Assembly (NCBI RefSeq): GCF_006345805.1 | Contig: NC_042998.1 | Span: forward strand, 110,608,001 to 110,672,000 | DNA from: Octopus sinensis | Lineage: Eukaryota | Length of the DNA: 64,000 nucleotides | Direction: 5' to 3' | In this document: piece by piece, positions 37,787-52,232 of the stretch | Position numbering within the stretch: position 1 is the first letter of the stretch | Layout of the letters: every line of letters starts with the position of its first letter | Program-made: the position numbers and the translations under genes | The notes under the pieces: generated by a model | Seen by the model: only the letters and a program-made list of their open reading frames with translations | Database searches by the model: none | What the model was told of the DNA's origin: nothing

Positions 37787-38072
37787 TATATATATATAAT
37801 AGGAATATGTTTCAAAAAGAAAATAGAAACTACACGTGGAAAAGGTATGGGTAATGTAAGAAGAAAAAAAAACGAAAATGCACATTGGACATAAACAAAA
37901 TAAAGTCTTTTCTATAAAAAGTAACGATAAATATATACAATTGGATGAACTGAGTCAGAATTAAGAGGAATAAAAGTCATTATTATGAATTATTAAAGGG
38001 ATTCAAAGTCATACAGGTTTCAACAATTACTGTTCACTGAATATATATATATATAATATATATATATATATG

Positions 38073-38625
38073 CTGAGCTTCAGAAGACTCGGCAAGCCAA
38101 GTGAGACCATAACCTCGTGGCCTATGCCAGTGATGGGGTTTAACCAGCCCACTTATGCGTACCTTTCCTTCATTGGACAGTAAACTCTGCTTGCGAAGAT
38201 CTGTTGAGGCAAGTGAAATCAAAATCGAAATCAAATTCGATGACTGGCATCCGTGCTTGTGGAGCGCTAAGAGCACCATCCGAGCGTGATCGTTACCTGA
38301 GTCGCCTGGCACTTGTGCTGGTGGAATGTGAAAAAACATTCGAGGGAGGTCGTTGCCAGTGTTACTGGACTGGCTCCTGTGCAGGTAGCACATAAAAAGC
38401 CCGATTAGAGCGTGGCCGTTGCCGGTACCGCCTGACTGGCCCTCGTGCTGGTGGCACGTAAAAGCACCCACTACACTCTCAGAGTGGTTGGCGTTAGGAA
38501 GTGTATCCAGCTGTAGAAATTCTCCCAGATCAGAGTGGAGTATTTTGCAGCCATCTGGTTCGCCAGACCTCAGTCAAATCGTCTAATCCACGCTAGCATG
38601 GAAAGCGAACTTTAAACGATGATGA
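38073..38625 (+). mobile_element. Non-autonomous retroposon with internal degenerate tandem units and (GAT)n tail
   Basis: Repeated gcc.g..ctggc..tgtgc.ggt.gca.ta.aaa units; ends gctagcatggaaagcg.ac.ttaaacgatgatgatgat. Confidence 0.65.
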
Positions 38626-38674
38626 TGATGATATACACATACATATACATAAACGCAGGCTTGTTTGGGTGAGT

Positions 38675-38871
38675 AGGCACAAGTGTGACTGTGTTCTAAG
38701 CACCTCGGTTCCCCACCATATATTTCCAAGTTCGGTCCCACTGTGTTGCACCATGGGCAAGTGTCTTTTGCTATAGCCTCGGGCCGACCGAAGCCTTGTG
38801 AGTGGATATGATAGACAGAAACTGAAAGAGGCCCGTTGTATACATACATACATACATACATACATACATGC

Positions 38872-38938
<67 letters not shown>

Positions 38939-39177
38939 GTGTGTCTGTGTATGTGTGCTTTGAAGTTTGCGATTGCCCCCCACCATCGCATCACAATCGA
39001 TGTTAGTGTATTTACATCCCCGTAACTTAACTGTTCTGCAAAAGAACCGGTAGAATAAGTACCTGGCTTAAAAAATTAGTAGGCTACTGGTGTTGATGCA
39101 TTCGACTAAAATTCTTTGAGGAAGTATTCCAGTATGGCCGTAGTCTAATGACTGAAACATGTAAAAGATAAAAGATA
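38675..39177 (+). mobile_element. SINE family 1 copy
   Basis: Aligns to the reverse complement of 35667-36062. Confidence 0.82.
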
Positions 39178-40127
39178 ATATGTGTGTGCGTGTATGTGTC
39201 TGTGTGTTTGTGTATTCTGATCTTTATTCCTTCTCCATAATTGATTACCAATTTTTGTGGTCCTTGAAAGTTATATGTATATTGGTTTTAACTTCAATCT
39301 GATGCATTTTTCGGCTGTTGCGTTTTCGTGCTTGCACAGGCCTTTTGAAGGCTGTAAAGTGTTCTAGATTTGCGGTTTCGTGCATCACAATTTTCTTTCC
39401 TAATTTTCATAAGAAAATTCACTGTTCTCCTTTCTCCGTTTTGTTTGATTCTCGTTCCAGAAAAGCATACTTTTCAGTTGTATTCCTATTACTGTTATTG
39501 CTATAACCTTTCTTATTTCTTGATAACGTTTAACTTAAGGTTTCTGATTTTACCTCGTTGTCTCACTTTATTTTCTAACGATCTTATTTACTTAAGATCT
39601 TATAATGTATCCGGTCTGTTGTTTTGTTTTTTATCATTTCTTTTGTTCTACATGCATGGTTCTTTATAGATCATGGTTGACAGAGCAGTTTTATAATTCT
39701 TGAAATTGGCGAACTTATTGAAAATAAAATCTTTAACTGAGGAATTTCTCTCGCGCTCTCTCAGTATATATTGTTTTCGGTGCATAGTTTTCCTACGATA
39801 ATTTATTCGGCACTCCTATTTCTATATTTATTCGATTTGCAATAAATTCCTTTACATAAATTCCTTTAACATGACATAACTGGATTTTATAACTGTCAGC
39901 ACCATCTTATTTATGTTGAGCCATATATAATATTTCCTATGAATGCATGATTGGCTGGGATTACAATTTCTGGTTTACTTTCTACCAATTTCCTATATTA
40001 CATTTCCAAAATCGGTGCTTCTTTTATTTGCTTCATAAATGTATTTAAGCGTTTTCTTTAATCGCTATCATTATTAGAGAATCGCTCTACTGATTATTCA
40101 TGACACCTTCAATCTGACTGAATATTA

Positions 40128-40552
40128 ATGAAACTGAGACGGTAAGTAACATTATTTTCTTACGTCAACTGAAGTATTATTGTTCAAAGACCATAAACAA
40201 CTTATTCGCAATATACTACCTAGTAGTATGATAAGTTATTATGTGGAACTTACAACTAGATGGAATGAGCTCCTAAAATTTAAATGTCCTACAAATGGAA
40301 ATATCTGTGTATATGGAAGAACACTATTAAAACCTAGTTTGATTTTCTATGCACTACCCCTTTGGAATCATGTGGCCCACAACTTTACTAATACGTCATA
40401 ACGCTTTGGTTACTGGATGGAAGATTCCATTTAACTTTAGAAAACGTTCTGTATTTTCTTAAGTCACGTAACACACTGAAATATAATAACCCCGGATACC
40501 GAATTTGCCTGTCGTTATCTTTCCAGAGTAGAGAATACTAAATATCAGCAAG
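40128..40552 (+). CDS. Candidate small exons 40128-40141 (ATG AAA CTG AGA CG) and 40527-40552
   Basis: GTAAGT donor at 40142, tctttccAG acceptor at 40526, AAG/GTATGT donor at 40553; the phases join to MKLRRVENTKYQQ. Confidence 0.3.
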
Positions 40553-42093
40553 GTATGTTATGTAAATTCAATTAGATATACACACCTCATGTGGTAAATA
40601 AGAAATCAAATATATAATAATGTTAATTAAGTGAACGAAACCACTTAAGTAAGGAAATGAAGCATTAAGCATAGCATTGAAATATTTATACATTTGTACT
40701 TCAATAACTCTCAGTAGAACATTTTTTTTCATTTATATTGCACGTTCTACTTTTTCGGTAATAACACCATATTACTTTAATTCAAAGAAACCTCGCACAA
40801 AATTTCCCACTTAACTTCAGCACAGAATCTTACACATCATAGTGAACACCGTTTGTAAGCAATCTATAAGTGTAAAATATTTTTTTTTATAAATATCAAC
40901 GTATATTTTATGGTAATACTAGATTTATTTATGAGTACGATGGAATTCTTAAATAAGAATTAATTTAATTTGCCGAAAAATGTGTCGATTAATTTTATTG
41001 ATTATGATACTGAAAAGAGAAAGAGGGAAATATTAATAAGTCTGTCATTCATATTTTTATTATGTCTAATGTGCAATTACAACGAAAGGAGATAGTGGTT
41101 TGTTCCTGTAGCCTGCGGTTGTCGAATTTATGGAATGTGTGGAAAACGGCATTAATAAACAGTAACTAGGTGGGAAGTTACTAATGATTAAAAGAAGTGA
41201 CATAAAACACAACGCACATATACATGCAGGCATATATCTATTTACTCACAAACAGAAATATGTAAGACACATACACGTTCATGTGATTAAGATTTCCAAC
41301 AAATTAAAGGGGAATAAAAATTGAAGAGTTGAAAATATATTTATTTTTTTTAAAGTTACAAGACAAAAAACAAAACAAAATACTTTCAGCATATAGAACA
41401 CAACATTGTCAGTTGCTAATTAATTATAATCCTATTTTATATTTCCGTAGTGCGGCATGCTTTATTCGTGAAATGATGTTGAGTGATGCTCACAGCAATA
41501 ACGTTACCTCGCCCCAGCTGTGCCAAGTGTCAAAATCAGTATTTTCACCTACATTTTAGCACATATATTTGTTCTGTCATCCCTTCAGCTTAGAAATAAA
41601 TTCAAACATCACCTGTATACTTCCCTTTAATATATTTCTATAATATATTTTTCACTGTGAAATATGTCGCTATATCTGTTATGTCTATGATGAAATGTCT
41701 CAAACTTTACTGAACTATTTTCATATTGTACTTCTCGTACAACATGAACAAATAGGATGTATAACCATATATTCGTGTAGTCCATCGTTTCGAGGAGAAT
41801 GTATCCCTCTCTTAAATATCGACAAAGTGTGTGAAAGAAAATATTCCATGTTCTCTCAAGAGTGAGGAAAATGCAAGAGGGGTGGTATTCCGTTGTTACA
41901 CACGGGCGTATGAAATGCCGAATAATTCAATGAAACTTAAACGATACTAGTTCATACATGTATTTGTGTTTGTTTATGTATGTGTGTATGCGTGTATGTG
42001 AGTGTATGTGTGTTTAAAATGTTAAGAGGTCACATACATTGAAAAACAAAGATAGAAACGCTTAGAGAAGTATGTCTTGGAAACATGAAAACA

Positions 42094-42248
42094 TACAAGG
42101 TGGTATCCAAATGTTCCAGGTTATAACATCATCTCCATCAAAATATTAACCTTGCACAGTAATACACCAGTCCCAGCGTTCTTGCCAATTTTGGAATTCG
42201 GCCTGGGAGTCGTTTTCTAAGCAAGTCAAGATTCTACGATTCGTTCTC
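42094..42248 (-). mobile_element. Mariner 3-prime end fragment
   Basis: Minus FQNWQERWDWCITVQG.YFDGD then a TIR like that at 8605. Confidence 0.7.
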
Positions 42249-42249
42249 T

Positions 42250-42406
42250 GATAGCCAGCTGATAAAAGTGGTAGCAAACAAGTGGTGGTAGATGGGAGAG
42301 TAAATGTAACTAGAGCGTTGTAAATGCGGGCCTATTGTCTCCCACGCTTGATGGGAAGGGTAGCAGATGGGCCTGTTGTTGGTGGCTGAGGGTTATTAGT
42401 AGTAGC

Positions 42407-42458
<52 letters not shown>

Positions 42459-44211
42459 AAACGCTATTTTGTTTGTCCAAGTTTTCTACCAGCTGAAAAT
42501 CTTTTTACCTAGATTAGACTTTCAGCTGCAGAGGTGAAATGATTTTTGTAAAAGTTGACCATGGTATAAAACACAGAACTTTGACCCTTCTGTCGGATTA
42601 AAACGATATCAGCTGGTTATCGTTATCAAGCGAAACCCTTTGCCTGGGTAAAGATTCGAATATTCTACTCAAGCCTTTTATCAATCACATCAGAAATGAC
42701 AAAAGAGATTACTCACATGTAGTCGACCATATTCCGAAAAACTTCAACGAGAAAACATTAATAGTGTATTTCGATGCAGTGAATCTCTATTCAAACATCC
42801 CAGACGACTTAGGTTTAGAGGGCATTAAATTCCGGTTGGATAAATATAACTCCTCATCGAATGAAAATAGAATTTATAACAGAAGGACTAAAACTCATCC
42901 TGAAGAGTAATAACTTTGCGAATCTAGTTATGGGTTACCTAGAAATTACGTAATACCAAATAACACTAGAAATATAATGAAAATATTTGTCCATCTACAA
43001 AAAAAGAAATCTTGAAGACGTTCCTCGACGATTGCTTCATTTTATGGAATGAAGGAATGAAGAAACTAAAAGAATTTGAATCATTCTCGACGGAATTAAT
43101 GAAAATATGCAATTCACTATGGAATATATTCATAAACAACTTCCATTTTCAGACATCTTCATAAACAAAGTCAACAACTAAACACAGACCGACATTTATT
43201 ATAAACCTATGAACTCCAAACAATATCTTCCATTCAATTCATGTCATCTGAGACATAGCAGAACAATGTTCTTCGTGTCCTAGCCAAAAGTATTCGTACA
43301 TTATATTATCTTATACAAACACCTGTGACATAAGACTCCATGAAATGAAGGATACACGCCTTGAGAGGAATGACTTGTCATCCTTTATCGACAACGGAAT
43401 TCAACGAGCATAGAAATTCAGTATCCAGTAAATTAGACAACGAAACGTAAGAAATGAAACGAAATTGAAAGTCCTTCCATACAACTCTATCGACGACGTC
43501 CAAAACAATGAGGTCTACAATATCATATTCCATCACAAAGTCTTACTGAAAAAGCAGGATGAACATCGTTATAAAGGATAAAAGACAACCCAGTTCTATA
43601 AAAATACTAACACAGGCCAAAATCTACATATATTAAGAACAAAATCAAAAGTAACAAAATGGGGAAGATTCAACTATGAAATATGATTTAATCTGACAAA
43701 GGGATCCGAGATCTAATTTAAACATGGGCAATTCTTTACAGTAAAAAGCGTAATTTCACCTTTGAATCTGAAAATGTAATCTATTCTCAAGTTGTTGTTG
43801 GTGGTGGGTGGGGAGCATTACTATGGACAAACAAAATAACGCTTACGTCAACAAATGCCCCTGTCATAAATGGCAAATTAGAATACGAGAATAGAGAAAA
43901 AATAGGACATATAGACACATCTGAAGTAACAAATAAACCAATTTCACAATTTTTCCTCTCTATAAATTTAGTGATAATAAAATTCAAGCCAACGCGTTAT
44001 CCGAGAAATGTCCATCATGATAGAATACCAACCACTGGCAGAAAATTGAAGAAAACAATAGCCACCGCCAACATTGCTGAAATCCTTACCGGGGTCACCA
44101 CAACAAATATTGCTAGATTATATATGGCAAAAGGCCATAAGACAACGCCACTATTACTAGCTATATTAAGGAATATTTTAAGCTACAGAGAATCCTTACT
44201 GTTGTTGTTGT

Positions 44212-44250
<39 letters not shown>

Positions 44251-44386
44251 TACGGACCTTCATCCACCAACAACATGTGCACCAGCTACACCGCACCTCA
44301 ACCGAAGGAGACAACACCCTTACCAGCCTCTGCTACTCTGCCTCCTACCACCACTTGCCTGCTACCACGTTTATCAACCAGCTATC
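42250..44386 (+). mobile_element. Old Penelope-like element (RT + CCHH-type GIY-YIG relic) flanked by inverted repeats
   Basis: YFDAVNLYSNIP, ANLVMGYLE, FLDDCFILW, DIYYKP..S.QYL, NVIY...E.YYGQT...HK.QIR...FTIFPLYKF; 42250-42458 is inverted-homologous to 44213-44386, including (TAG)n/(CTA)n. Confidence 0.8.
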
Positions 44387-44619
44387 GCAACCAACTAGCA
44401 ACAATCAGGACACGAAAAACAGCACCATGTGATTTCTATAAGAAAAATATCTGGACTTCAGGAAATGATATTATGGAAGTTATATTTAGTATATTTCAAT
44501 TGTTCTTTCTATTTTATTCCAGTTTGAAGAGCTCATCTTAAACAACCTAAAACGCTATATATTTTTGCTTTTATGTTTTCATGACATAGTTCTCTAGGCA
44601 ATTTCGTCACCTTAGATCT

Positions 44620-44676
<57 letters not shown>

Positions 44677-46244
44677 ATATAAATATATATTGACATACGT
44701 GTGTTTATGTATGTGTGTGTGTGTTTGCATGTATATATACATATTGATACATATATACCTGCATACATACATACATACATACATACATACATACATACAT
44801 ACATACATGCATACATATATACATACATACATATCTACCTACATACATACTTTCATACATACGCACACATAGCCACTGTTTGGTAAAAAAAACTGGAGAA
44901 AAATCGAATCTCATCGGTTTAGCTGCTAGCATATCAAAAATTAAAGTTTACCGAAATTATAAAGTTTCGCCCGATAATACACTTACCCAAGCTAAATTGC
45001 TGGAATTATTTCATCTCTTCCAGGAAAATGTTTTTAAAATGTTATAGAGGTTTAAAAATTTGACCATTTTCACCCAGGATTAATTTGTGCGTGACTGCGC
45101 ATTTTATCGTCAACATTCTGAATATAGAACGTGTTGTCAATATTTGCAAACAACGTGTTATGTCTCCAGTAATTTTCTGTCATGTAAATAAATGTTTATG
45201 CTAATTTAAAGGATTTATCCCCAAAATGTTATTTAGCTGTTATTTTCAGCTCACCTCACAATCACCCCACTGTTCAATCAAAAAAAGAAACGAGTAAACA
45301 ATCATTTAAGCAATCAGCTTCATCTTACATAGTTTTCTTTTTGGTATAACACCCTTTTCTTGAAGGTACGACACAGTATCTTCGTCTGTTTTCAATATTT
45401 TCAATAATAGAAGAGAAGTTAATCACACAAAACATAGAACACAGCGTCAAATTTGTCAACACAGCTTCCTCGCAGATAAAAGACTTTTCAAAGACTGCTG
45501 TCAACACGTGCTTCCTAGCAGATAAAATACTTTTCAAAGACTGTTACTATGGCAATAGCTCTCTTGTCCCGCTTCTTATTATCGAAATAGGCATGAATGT
45601 GTCTGTGACTCATGATTGGCTAAAATTACCAACATTTTCAAACTTTAATCTTTATTTATAACTCTTTATTTAGTGACTTATAGCGAAAATTACTTTCACG
45701 TCATCAATTAGCCTCTAAAAGTTTAACATTACACTGAATATGAAATCAATTCGAACAGAAATTCGAACAGAATTGATGCTAGCAGCCAAACCGACACGAC
45801 CTGGAAAATCCTATGCAGACTTAGACTGGAATAGTTCACGGTTCCGGCTTAGATAAGCTATTAATAAGTGTATACATTAATAAGTGTATAAGTGTATCAG
45901 CGTTTGTTGTTGGGTGTCTGTTTTAGAATAGTTCCGAGGTCTGAGATTTAATAGGAATGAATATAAAGAAAGGCAAAATCCTACTGGCAGATTTTAAGAG
46001 TAAGTTGTTGATATGAATGATCAGACAGTTGAAAAAATCTGAATGCATCATTAACAAGCTGGTAGTTTACATCAAATGTATATCATAAATCATTCGTTAG
46101 TATATATGTTTGATTATATATATATAAAAAAGAGTAAAAGAGCAAAAGAGTATATATACATATATATAATTATAATATTAGGGAGTAATATGAAACGTAC
46201 GTAGTGTTTTTACATTTATCCTTCTTTTTATACTTTTTGGAAAA

Positions 46245-46306
<62 letters not shown>

Positions 46307-46457
46307 TGATTATATTCATATTATTTGTTATTTAAGTATTGGTTTATGTCTATTACTGTTTGAAATGTCTAATGGTGGTTTTATCTCTAATTCATATTTT
46401 GTACATATATATGTATATACACATATATATATACATATATATGTATATATATATATG

Positions 46458-47113
<656 letters not shown>

Positions 47114-47197
47114 TCAACCACGTTGTTTCACAAACCAACTTTCTTTTATATATATATATATGTGTGTGTGTATATATATATATGTATATGTATATAT

Positions 47198-47279
<82 letters not shown>

Positions 47280-47653
47280 GTATTCATATATACATACATA
47301 ACCAGTCGTTTATTTCTATTTTTGACATAGAACACACAAAAAAACGCATCTATTTTGAATATCAAATAAACGGAGAATATAACGGAATTGAGTTAGGACT
47401 AAGTCTGAAAGAGGTAAGAGTTCAGTACTTTAAGTGCGAACGTTTGTTATTAGCAATTAATGTTGAGATAACTCTCACCCTCAATTTCGATACGTCAGAT
47501 GCACCAGTTGGTGATTGTTTTATGAACTTGCCTCTTTCATAATGTAAATATAGTCATGGTTCTTCGTCGAAACAGCATTAATATTTTATCATATCGATAT
47601 GATATATATATGCATGTTGGAGTACCTTCCTGCGTGTGTATTTGTACGTGTAC

Positions 47654-47687
<34 letters not shown>

Positions 47688-47949
47688 GTGCGTGTGTGTT
47701 TGTGTGTGTATGTGTGTATGTGTGTGTGTGTATACGCAAGCGCACACACAACGCCCCCCTCTTAATATTTAAAATACCCTGTCTGTGTGTGTGTCTGCAA
47801 TGCACGCTCGAACCTCTGAGTCAATATGTACCATACATGGAGTAATATTGCTCTATATATAAAGATTCACTTCTTCAAATCGTTTTCTCAACTTCTTGTG
47901 TTTGAACTTATTGTCTTTGGCGTTTTAACCAGTTATTTACACACACTCG

Positions 47950-48905
47950 TGTGTATATATCATTACAGTTGTGACGATATAATTTCTAAAGATACTTTCA
48001 TCTCAGAAAAAAAATGTTGCCCGGGCAAGAACAGTCTTTCAAACACCTCGCCACTGTCATTGATCAGGACCAGGCTTTAGTTTTTCCAACTGAGTTCCCT
48101 GAACTTTTTACAACCATCTGGGATGCTACCTTACAAATTAACACTTAAAAAGGGGGCTCCAATCATGCTGCGCAAGAATCTAGATCCACCTCGTCTGTGC
48201 AAGGGCAGTATACTAGTGGTGAAAGCGATGCAACACTATTTTCTCAAGGCACCAATTATGGCTGGGAACTATAAGGGTGAGGATGTCTTCATTTCACGGA
48301 TCCCGTTAATCCCATATGACCCCGTTCTTTTGAATTTAAACGGTTCCAGTTCCCAGTGAAAATAAATTTCGCTATGTCAATAAACATGTCTCAAGGACAG
48401 TCTCTCAATGTTGCTACGCTTCACCTTGTTTCTCTCGTAGCCAACTATAAGTAGGCTGTTCGCGAGTTAGATGTCCCCAAAATTTACACCAATTAAAGGA
48501 CACACTCGAAACATCGTATATTTAGAAGCTCTAGATAATTAAACTGTGATTGATTTCTGGATTTGTTTCAATACATTTGTTTATGCTCGCGTCATCTGAT
48601 AGAATTTTTATTAAATGTACATATTAACAGGAGGGGTGCGCCCGCAGGCCGGTTCTTCTCAAATTTATAGCAGTTTCAGGTTCAACGTGTTTCAAATAAG
48701 TGCTGACAATGGAATAAGTACTGACAATTAAAGGTGATTGCAAAGACAAAGAACAATTAATATAAATCATGTTAATAGTTTGTATTAATAGTTTGTACCT
48801 CAGCTAATTACTGCTAAGAATTGCATAATCCCTGTTTCATTTTACTTAAAAGACATAAATTTCATTATTTTCTTTAACCCAGGCTACGCCGGATATTTAT
48901 GCTAG
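47950..48905 (+). mobile_element. Helitron 3-prime end (PIF1-like helicase C-terminus relic)
   Basis: PSGMLPYKLTLKKGAPIMLRKNLDPPRLC, DVFISRIPLIP, QFPVK..FAMSIN.SQGQSL, RNIVY.EAL*; subterminal cccaggctacgccgg hairpin remnant then CTAG|T at 48902-48905. Confidence 0.88.
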
Positions 48906-48946
<41 letters not shown>

Positions 48947-48949
48947 TAC

Positions 48950-50553
48950 TTTGATGATTTGAAATGTTATGGCCAGTGTTGAACCAGGCTACGTCTAACT
49001 CTTAATAGCATCTGGCAAAGTCATTCAAAGCAGGAATCCGACAACATGTCCCTCTCGAGTAGAGAGTTATTGTTTACGGAGAAATATCCGGGTGTAGTAA
49101 GTTTGTCCGGAATTTCTTAAAGAAATTTGTCCGAAGATTTCTTGAAATTTTTTGGGTTTGTTTCTGCTTTAATGTGTTTTGGGGTTATATTAAAGAGAGC
49201 GTGGCAAATTGAGATGAAATAAATATGTCGTATTGTTGTTATGTGAAGCGTGTATGATTTAAGCTGTGAGCGGATTCCATGACGCCCACGTCTTCGGTGT
49301 ATCTTAAAGGGGATGCCAACATCCTTCGCAATTCTGATGGATTATTTTCCACATCATGCAGATGATGTTGTGCTCACGGCGGCGTTGGAGAGAATACATC
49401 TTCAGCTTTTCTCGTCGACCTCAAAGTCGAGGTCTGTCATGCCATCTATCTTTGTTATAATTGACCTTTGAGGTGCTTCAAATTTCATGATACTTTGTTT
49501 CATGTGGGGAAACAAGAGAGGACAACAGTATTCAAGGTTAGGTCGGGCAAAAGTAGAGAAGAGAAGGATAATGTTGTGGATACGTCTCGATTAGAAAGAT
49601 CTGAGAATCCAGGAACATATTCTGCGGGCCATTTCAGCTTTGCTGTTCATATGAGCGGCCCAGATTATGCTCTTGTCCACAATTACTCCCAAGTCTCTAA
49701 TGTTGTTGTATGCTGTGTGAGTTTCACCTGAATGAAGAAAGTATGAGAGTTTCAGGGTATCCTCTTTTCCGAAGTGGATTAACTCAAAATTGTCCTCGTT
49801 CAGTAACATATTATTCCGCTCATTGGATGAAAACCAGTAGATCTGACTGAAGGCATGTCCGGTCACCCACTTCATTGATGATCTTCTGGATCTTGGAATC
49901 ATCTGCAAAGATTCTAATCTTGCTGTGCTTGATGATGTCAGTGATGTCACTGATGGAGATGACGGAAAGAAGTGAGCCTAACACAGTGCCTTGCGGAACA
50001 CCACTACTGACATGATTTTACTCCTTCGACTACAACGTGTTGAATTCTGTTTATCAGGAAACACTTAATCCCTCGTAGTAACTTTCTAGAGACACCAATA
50101 TTGGATAGTTTTTCAAGAGAATCTTATGATCAACCCTGTCAAATGCCTTGTTGAAATGAAGGTAGACGACATCGGTGTTGGAGCCTTCTCCCAAAGCTCT
50201 CAAAATGTCATCAAGGTGATACAGGAGCTGTGTTAGGCAGTTTCTTTCATTATCGAACCCATGCTGTTTAGGGTTCAGCAGTCTGTTCCTTTCAAGAAAG
50301 TGGGTTAATCGTGATCTCACCACCCTCTCAAATACTTTGATGATATGAGAAATGAGTGAGATCGGACAGTAGTTCACTGCAAAGGATTTCTATCTTTTTT
50401 GAAAACCGGGACAACAGACTGGGACAGCAGGTTTTCAGGAATATAGCCAACATCCAGTGACTTTCTCCAGAGATTAGCAAGAGTTGATGCAAGTTGGTAT
50501 CGACACACTTTCAGGACACAAGCAGGGAACTTAACAGGGCCTACTGCTGACTT
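48950..50553 (-). mobile_element. CR1-like LINE, 5-prime-truncated RT relic
   Basis: NYCPISLISHIIKVFERVV, QHGF, YLHFNKAFDRVDH, SGVPQGTVLG, FADDSK, RDLGVIVD. Confidence 0.88.
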
Positions 50554-50556
50554 GTA

Positions 50557-50575
50557 TTTAATAATAATAATAATG

Positions 50576-50639
<64 letters not shown>

Positions 50640-50660
50640 TAATAATAATAATAATAATAA

Positions 50661-50692
<32 letters not shown>

Positions 50693-50720
50693 ATGATGAT
50701 GATGATGATGATGATGATGA
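50557..50720. repeat. Compound (AAT)n-(AGT)n-(GAT)n microsatellite
   Basis: Direct reading. Confidence 0.95.
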
Positions 50721-50897
50721 TAACTGTGTGCCTTTTCCATCATTCGCATAACACGTGGAAACACGCTCGCCACATTACGGTTCAAATCAATATCAGACCA
50801 TCTACGTCCACAACCATCATACACACAAAAAAAAACGAAAAATAAATTAAATGATAGCTGCATTATTTAGCCTAAACTTATAATATTCGTGTTTTCG

Positions 50898-51041
50898 TAA
50901 ACATTCTCTAAAATCATACTATGTACAAAACCAAATATATGACACCCAAGGCATAACACCAACATGAACTTCTAACTTGTTGTTTCTTGATGTCGCTGGG
51001 TGAGACTTGGAGCCAACTTGCACAAATACAAAGTCAAACAT
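50898..51041 (+). mobile_element. Isolated 3-prime UTR of the R4 family at 15000-19211
   Basis: Aligns to 19060-19211; followed by (AAT)n. Confidence 0.82.
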
Positions 51042-51073
51042 ATAATAACAATAATAATAATAATAACAATAAC

Positions 51074-51155
<82 letters not shown>

Positions 51156-51202
51156 TAATTATAATTATAATAATAATAATAACACCCGTGGCTTTTGATC
51201 TA

Positions 51203-51350
51203 TTCTCATGGTTCCTGATATACTCTCGTCGCTTTTGATTTCTCTTATGCTTCTGATCTCTTTCATGGCTTCTGAACACTCACATGGCTTCTTAACCCTC
51301 TCATGGCTTCTGAACTCTCTCATGGCTTCTGATATCTCTCAGGACTTCTG
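51203..51350 (+). repeat. Degenerate minisatellite of about 19-20 bp (ctctcatggcttctga)
   Basis: About seven imperfect units. Confidence 0.75.
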
Positions 51351-51865
51351 ATCTTAACTGATTGGAAGTGTTATAATGTACATTGTTTTGACTTGGTGTA
51401 AAAGATGGGCTACAGCATATACTCTGCTCAATACCACAAATTTGCTAGTCAGTATTTTGATCTTAACCATTTCAGCATGTCCTTTGGTCGCTGAAAATAT
51501 GTGTGCATCTCTGATCACGAGCAGAAGTAGTGCGAGGCAACATTGGCATGTGTTGAGAGGAATTCTTTGGAGTTTGGATAACTCACTTCTGGAAACATAG
51601 GTGTTTCATTCAACACCCTTAAACAACCTTTATTGAGAGACCATTTGATGTAGATGAGCTACTCAACCTGAATCAAGTTCTAACTGAGTCCCACCCGCAA
51701 GATCATGCGCAGTTTATCTTGATATGAGATCACCATGTCGCACACATATGGTTGTGATGCATGTACCTGGTGTACCCTTATCAGACGTGTAGTTATAATG
51801 GGTATATTGGGCTTTGTATATTTTACCCCAGTGTCACTTTGATGGTATGCATTGCTCTCTCACTC

Positions 51866-51896
<31 letters not shown>

Positions 51897-52163
51897 TTCC
51901 AGCAATGGTTGAGAAGCTCAGGACTCAAAGCAGAGACAGAGGGATTTTTAATTGCAGCACAAGACAAAAGCCTCCCCACCAGAAATTACCAAAAACATGT
52001 AATGAAAAGAAATATACTACTACGCACTGCACACATCCTACGCAGAACACTTTCCATACAATAACCATCAGAGCATCACAACAAATCACAGCACATACCC
52101 AAGGCACACAGAGCTGCGCTCGGTAGTGAAGTGAAAGCACGCTATAAAAATAAAACTACTGAA
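51897..52163 (+). mobile_element. R4/Dong 3-prime fragment with large internal deletion
   Basis: QWLRSSGLKAETEGFLIAAQDKSLPTRNYQK joined directly to ILLRTAHILRRTLSIQ*; 3-prime UTR as 19547-19665. Confidence 0.85.
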
Positions 52164-52180
52164 TAATAATAATAATAATA

Positions 52181-52230
<50 letters not shown>

Positions 52231-52232
<2 letters not shown>

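Noticed and set aside
51360-51860. Coding-like minus-strand segment between R4 fragments
   Set aside because: No motif I could assign; left unannotated
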